NCBI GenBank assembly: GCA_965249485.1
Contig: OZ252239.1
Location: forward strand, 1,888,001-1,952,000
Direction: 5' to 3'
Length of the DNA: 64,000 nucleotides
From: a bacterium
GTDB taxonomy: Bacteria; SM23-31
In this document: positions 60,620 through 64,000 of the stretch, piece by piece
Position numbering within the stretch: the first letter of the stretch is position 1
Layout of the letters: the number at the start of each line of letters is the position of its first letter
The notes under the pieces: generated by a model
Seen by the model: the letters and a program-made list of their open reading frames with translations, nothing else
What the model was told of the DNA's origin: nothing
Database searches by the model: none
Position numbers and translations under genes: made by a program

Positions 60620-61094
60620 TAATAGATGAAAGAATAAACGGACATTATAAATTAGAAAAATGAAAATAAAAACTATATGAAGGAAAAAATAACCGGGACC
60701 TCCGCGATCAAAACTGAAAAGGGTCACGTGTCCCGGTTATGCTTCTTTGCCGAATAACACTAAAGATAATAACAATGAATATACTAGCCGACAGCTTCTT
60801 TAATGGGAATTCTCAGATAAAAATCGCAGATGATTTATATCTGATGAATTGTAAAAAAGAGATTAAAGTTCTCTATCAGCGAGACTTAAATAATCTTAAA
60901 AGTAAAACGAAAATGTTTTTTGTTTTCAATGCTGTGGCTAATGATTCAATGCGTAGTGATGCTCTATAAATAGATCAGGAATGATTATGTAAAATTCTCC
61001 TCGAACCACTTCTCTCCCCCTCATTAAATGGTTGGTGCGATTCGCCCTTCCAAATCACTTCCGCCCGAAGTGAATTTGGAAGGGCCTTTTTTTT
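60620..61094 (+). ncRNA. Candidate sRNA or small-ORF transcript
   Basis: Bounded by a sigma54 promoter and a strong terminator. It has an internal long hairpin at 60689-60740 and only a weak 64-aa ORF (60775-60969). Confidence 0.4.
61044..61094 (+). terminator. Long intrinsic terminator
   Basis: GCCCTTCCAAATCACTTC...GAAGTGAATTTGGAAGGGC followed by T8. Confidence 0.85.
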
Positions 61095-61240
61095 GATTCA
61101 TATGAAATATATTTTCCTTGCATAACCAAATGTAAAGCATCATATTTTACAATCTTAGGGGGTTTTTATTATGTGTCGTAATAAATAATTTAAGTCTGCA
61201 CCCCCGTGGATTATATGTCATCAATGTTGGTAAGAAAAGA

Positions 61241-62269
61241 ATGAGAAGTGTCCCGCATGAGGCGGAGCTGGTCAAATCGCACGACCAAAAGCCTGTAGAA
61301 CTACAAAAAACAATCTGGTCTATCGCAGGAGGAAAGGGGGGAACCGGCAAGACCATTTTGACAGCGAATCTCGGAATCGGACTCGCTATTCTCGGCTACA
61401 AAGTAGTCCTTATCGATGCCGATTTAGGGGTACCGAATCTCCACAATTATCTCAGAATTAAACGCCCCAGAGTTACGCTTGACGATTTTCTAACGAAAAA
61501 TGTTGATACTCTATCCGATATCCTGATTGAGACGCCCCATAGTAATCTCCGGTTTATTGGCGGAGGAACAAGCCTCGTTGGTAATGCAAATCTTCCTTAC
61601 GTAAAAAAACAGAAGCTCATACGGCATATCAATAAGTTGAAAGCAGATATCATTCTTGTTGATCTTGGAGCGGGAATATCACATAATACAATCGATTTTT
61701 TAAATGTGTCCACGAGAGAAATAGTCGTATCAAATCCTGAACCGAATGCGAGTCAGGATGCCTACTTTTTTTTGAAAAATGCTGTCTATCGTCGAATAAA
61801 ATCTTACATGAAAATCGATGCCAATTTTAAAGAAGCATTTAAAGATTATTCCAGTACGAATGGTAACGGTACATTCGATATACCGAAATTTTATAATTAT
61901 CTCCAGTCTCATTCAAAACAGGTTTACAATGATTTAGACCAGTATCTTTCGCTCTTTCAACCAAGATTAATCCTGAATAAACTGCGGAAAAGAAAACACA
62001 AAAAAGAGGGAGATTGGTTTGTAAACCTTGTCCGCACTTTTTTAGAAGTAAATATGGATTTCATCGGCACTTTAAGGTATGATAAACGGATCATCCAAAC
62101 CTCAGAAGATATTTATCCATTTTCAATCCGTTATCCAAATGCTGCAATTTCGAAAAATCTTTTTTCCATCTTGAGTTCACTGTACAGCTTCGAACAAAGT
62201 AAACATGATGTTAATACCTTCCGGCAATTCAAAGCGCTGCTCAAAGACCAGAAAAAACTCTGGGAATAA
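61241..62269 (+). CDS. MinD/FlhG(FleN)-family ATPase
   Basis: Deviant Walker A GGKGGTGKT, D.DLG..NLH, VDLGAG; lies next to flagellin. Confidence 0.85.
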   Translation: MRSVPHEAELVKSHDQKPVELQKTIWSIAGGKGGTGKTILTANLGIGLAILGYKVVLIDADLGVPNLHNYLRIKRPRVTLDDFLTKNVDTLSDILIETPHSNLRFIGGGTSLVGNANLPYVKKQKLIRHINKLKADIILVDLGAGISHNTIDFLNVSTREIVVSNPEPNASQDAYFFLKNAVYRRIKSYMKIDANFKEAFKDYSSTNGNGTFDIPKFYNYLQSHSKQVYNDLDQYLSLFQPRLILNKLRKRKHKKEGDWFVNLVRTFLEVNMDFIGTLRYDKRIIQTSEDIYPFSIRYPNAAISKNLFSILSSLYSFEQSKHDVNTFRQFKALLKDQKKLWE

Positions 62270-62777
62270 AATCGTCAAAAATCTTGCCACTATTTAATCA
62301 TTAATCATTTAATTTCATTACTGTATTTTTTATTTGTTGACAAAAAAATGCTGGAGGATTGTTATCCGGCAACCTTACAATGCCATAACATTACATGTTA
62401 TTCTGTCCTAAAGCGCTTTCACTATTGTTGCGTTTGATTTGAAATGCCGAGTATCAGCATCACAGGGCATATTAGAGATACGATTCTATTGTAAATGAAT
62501 ACGTATCGTTGTCCCTGTCAAACAGCACTGTTGCCCATCTGAATATCGGATTGGCGATAAATCATATAACATTGTGTCAACCGATACTACTAATTCTGGA
62601 ATATTCAACTGCTGGTGAAGAGTGATTTCATTAAAGTAGTATATATAGTAGTATATATGTACTCTGCAATAATCAGTACAATACCAATAAATCTTTTTAT
62701 TTTGCAAAAAATATATTAGAAATTGTACCTACACAATTTTCAAATACGACTGAAATTACTGTGCGATAGGGAGCAGT

Positions 62778-63638
62778 GTGCTGCAACAATTTAATGACAA
62801 AAACGATTTTGAGAATACATTAACTATCAATGGAACAAAACGGACATACTATCTGCGAATTCCGCCAAAATCCGGTACTGATTCGGCACGGCTTGTGTTA
62901 CTGCTTCATGGTGCTATGGGGTATGGGCAACGCATTGCACGAGTAAGCCGGTTTAACGAAATAGCCGATAAACACGGAATAATTGTGGTTTACCCTGATG
63001 CACTTGATGGATATTGGAATGAAACTCCCAATGACAACGGAACAATCGATGACGTTTTATTTATTGATACGTTAGTCGACGAGTGCGAAAAAATGTTCGC
63101 CGTAGACAACAGGAGAATATATGTTGTCGGTGTGTCGAACGGGGGTATGATGGCATTCAGATTGATTTGCGAGCTTTCAGGCAGGTTTGCAGCGATGGCC
63201 TCCGTTGCGGGATATATGGTTGAAGACTCTGCAACGAAATGTAATCTGAAACATCCGGTTCCAGTGGTACTATTCCACGGAACAGATGACACCTATGTTC
63301 CTTTTATTGGTGGTAAAGCAAAGAGAGGGATTTCAGGGAAAATTATGTCCACAACCGCTGTAGCATCGTATTGGTCACAGATGAATGGATGCAATCCGAC
63401 TCCCGAATCAACAATGTTAGCAAAAAATAATCCTGCTGATACTACACAGATTCAGCAGGATATCTATAAAAATCCGGAATTAAACACCGAGGTGATTCTC
63501 TATACAATTCATGGCGGCGGTCACACATGGCCGTCGGGAAACGGTGGGAGCGAGCGTGTCCTTGGGAAAACCTCACTGGACATAGATGCTTCTCTGGTTA
63601 TATGGGAGTTTTTTAACCGGCATCCTAAAATCACATGA
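62778..63638 (+). CDS. LpqC/PHB-depolymerase-family esterase
   Basis: LLHGA.G, VVYPD, G.SNGGMM nucleophile elbow, HGT.D, GGGHTWP. Confidence 0.9.
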   Translation: MLQQFNDKNDFENTLTINGTKRTYYLRIPPKSGTDSARLVLLLHGAMGYGQRIARVSRFNEIADKHGIIVVYPDALDGYWNETPNDNGTIDDVLFIDTLVDECEKMFAVDNRRIYVVGVSNGGMMAFRLICELSGRFAAMASVAGYMVEDSATKCNLKHPVPVVLFHGTDDTYVPFIGGKAKRGISGKIMSTTAVASYWSQMNGCNPTPESTMLAKNNPADTTQIQQDIYKNPELNTEVILYTIHGGGHTWPSGNGGSERVLGKTSLDIDASLVIWEFFNRHPKIT

Positions 63639-63656
63639 ATGATTTTCTCCAAACGA

Positions 63657-64000
63657 TTATTCTGAGAGATAAAATGTTTCCGCTTCTCCCATTGCCTTGC
63701 CCAAATCAGATATAACATTTAGATTTTTAAGAATCTGCTCCAATGCTGACAGAAAATAGAACACATTTTTCTGTGTTGAAGACTGTTCCATCAATCCGAT
63801 TCTCCATATCTTCCCTGCAAGAGGTCCAAGACCTGCGCCAATTTCGATATCAAAATCTTGCAACAATACTGAACGGACGGCTTTGTCGTCGATTTCTTCT
63901 GGTATTGTCACTGAATTCAACTGGGGTAGGCGGTATTCTTCTTCTACAAATGGTGATAATTTGAGTTCGCGTAATCCGGCCAATAATGCATTGCTATTAC
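63657..64000 (-). CDS. Partial (3' end) alanine-glyoxylate/serine-pyruvate aminotransferase, class V
   Basis: RLPQLN.V.IP..IDD..VR..LL..F.IEIGAGLGPLAGKIWRIGLM. The frame is open to the window end. Confidence 0.9.
   Translation of the reverse strand, partial: NSNALLAGLRELKLSPFVEEEYRLPQLNSVTIPEEIDDKAVRSVLLQDFDIEIGAGLGPLAGKIWRIGLMEQSSTQKNVFYFLSALEQILKNLNVISDLGKAMGEAETFYLSE

Noticed and set aside
60689..60755. c-di-GMP-I riboswitch
   Set aside because: A GAAA loop and a GCCGAA are present, but I could not find the GGCAAA/GACGCAAA core or the two-hairpin layout.
62270..62777. 73-aa ORF or gene remnant between the ATPase and the esterase
   Set aside because: Low-complexity, AT-rich sequence with no recognisable motif.

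Overview
A 64 kb AT-leaning bacterial chromosomal region. Gene content suggests a flagellated FCB-group lineage (T9SS-type C-terminal domain, Ignavibacteria/KSB1-like proteins); this taxonomy is inference. I found no rRNA, tRNA, CRISPR array, transposase or phage gene. In order, the window holds: the 3' part of a cadherin/Ig-repeat surface protein; WbqC, GT2 and arsC; a dual-receiver regulator; nth-polX; a PAS kinase/NtrC-type sigma54 module; ygfZ; a hemE-hemN-hemH-hemY operon that continues into an unusual Cox-subunit-IV::dihaem cytochrome c fusion and a CydA-like membrane protein; a PiT transporter, TonB receptor, YVTN propeller, SSS transporter and thiN; a long + strand Fe-S/lipoate/TCA cluster (Rrf2, nadA, lpdA, lipB, E1a/b, aconitase, fumC/aspA, trxB, E2, lipA, nuoB, iscS, iscA, tpx, nuoI); HD-GYP, TPR, nadE, rsmI, PI-lipid genes with panD, MATE, cca and gltX; an internally deleted flagellin; a sigma54-driven, hairpin-bounded transcript with no recognisable gene; FlhG/MinD; an esterase; and a partial aminotransferase. 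The best novelty candidates are the hybrid haem-copper/bd-type respiratory module (13980-15781) and the putative flagellar sigma54 sRNA (60493-61094). Many genes carry in-frame stops (one each of TAG, TAA and TGA), a frameshift, deletions or motif-breaking substitutions, which points to either genome decay or sequence error.
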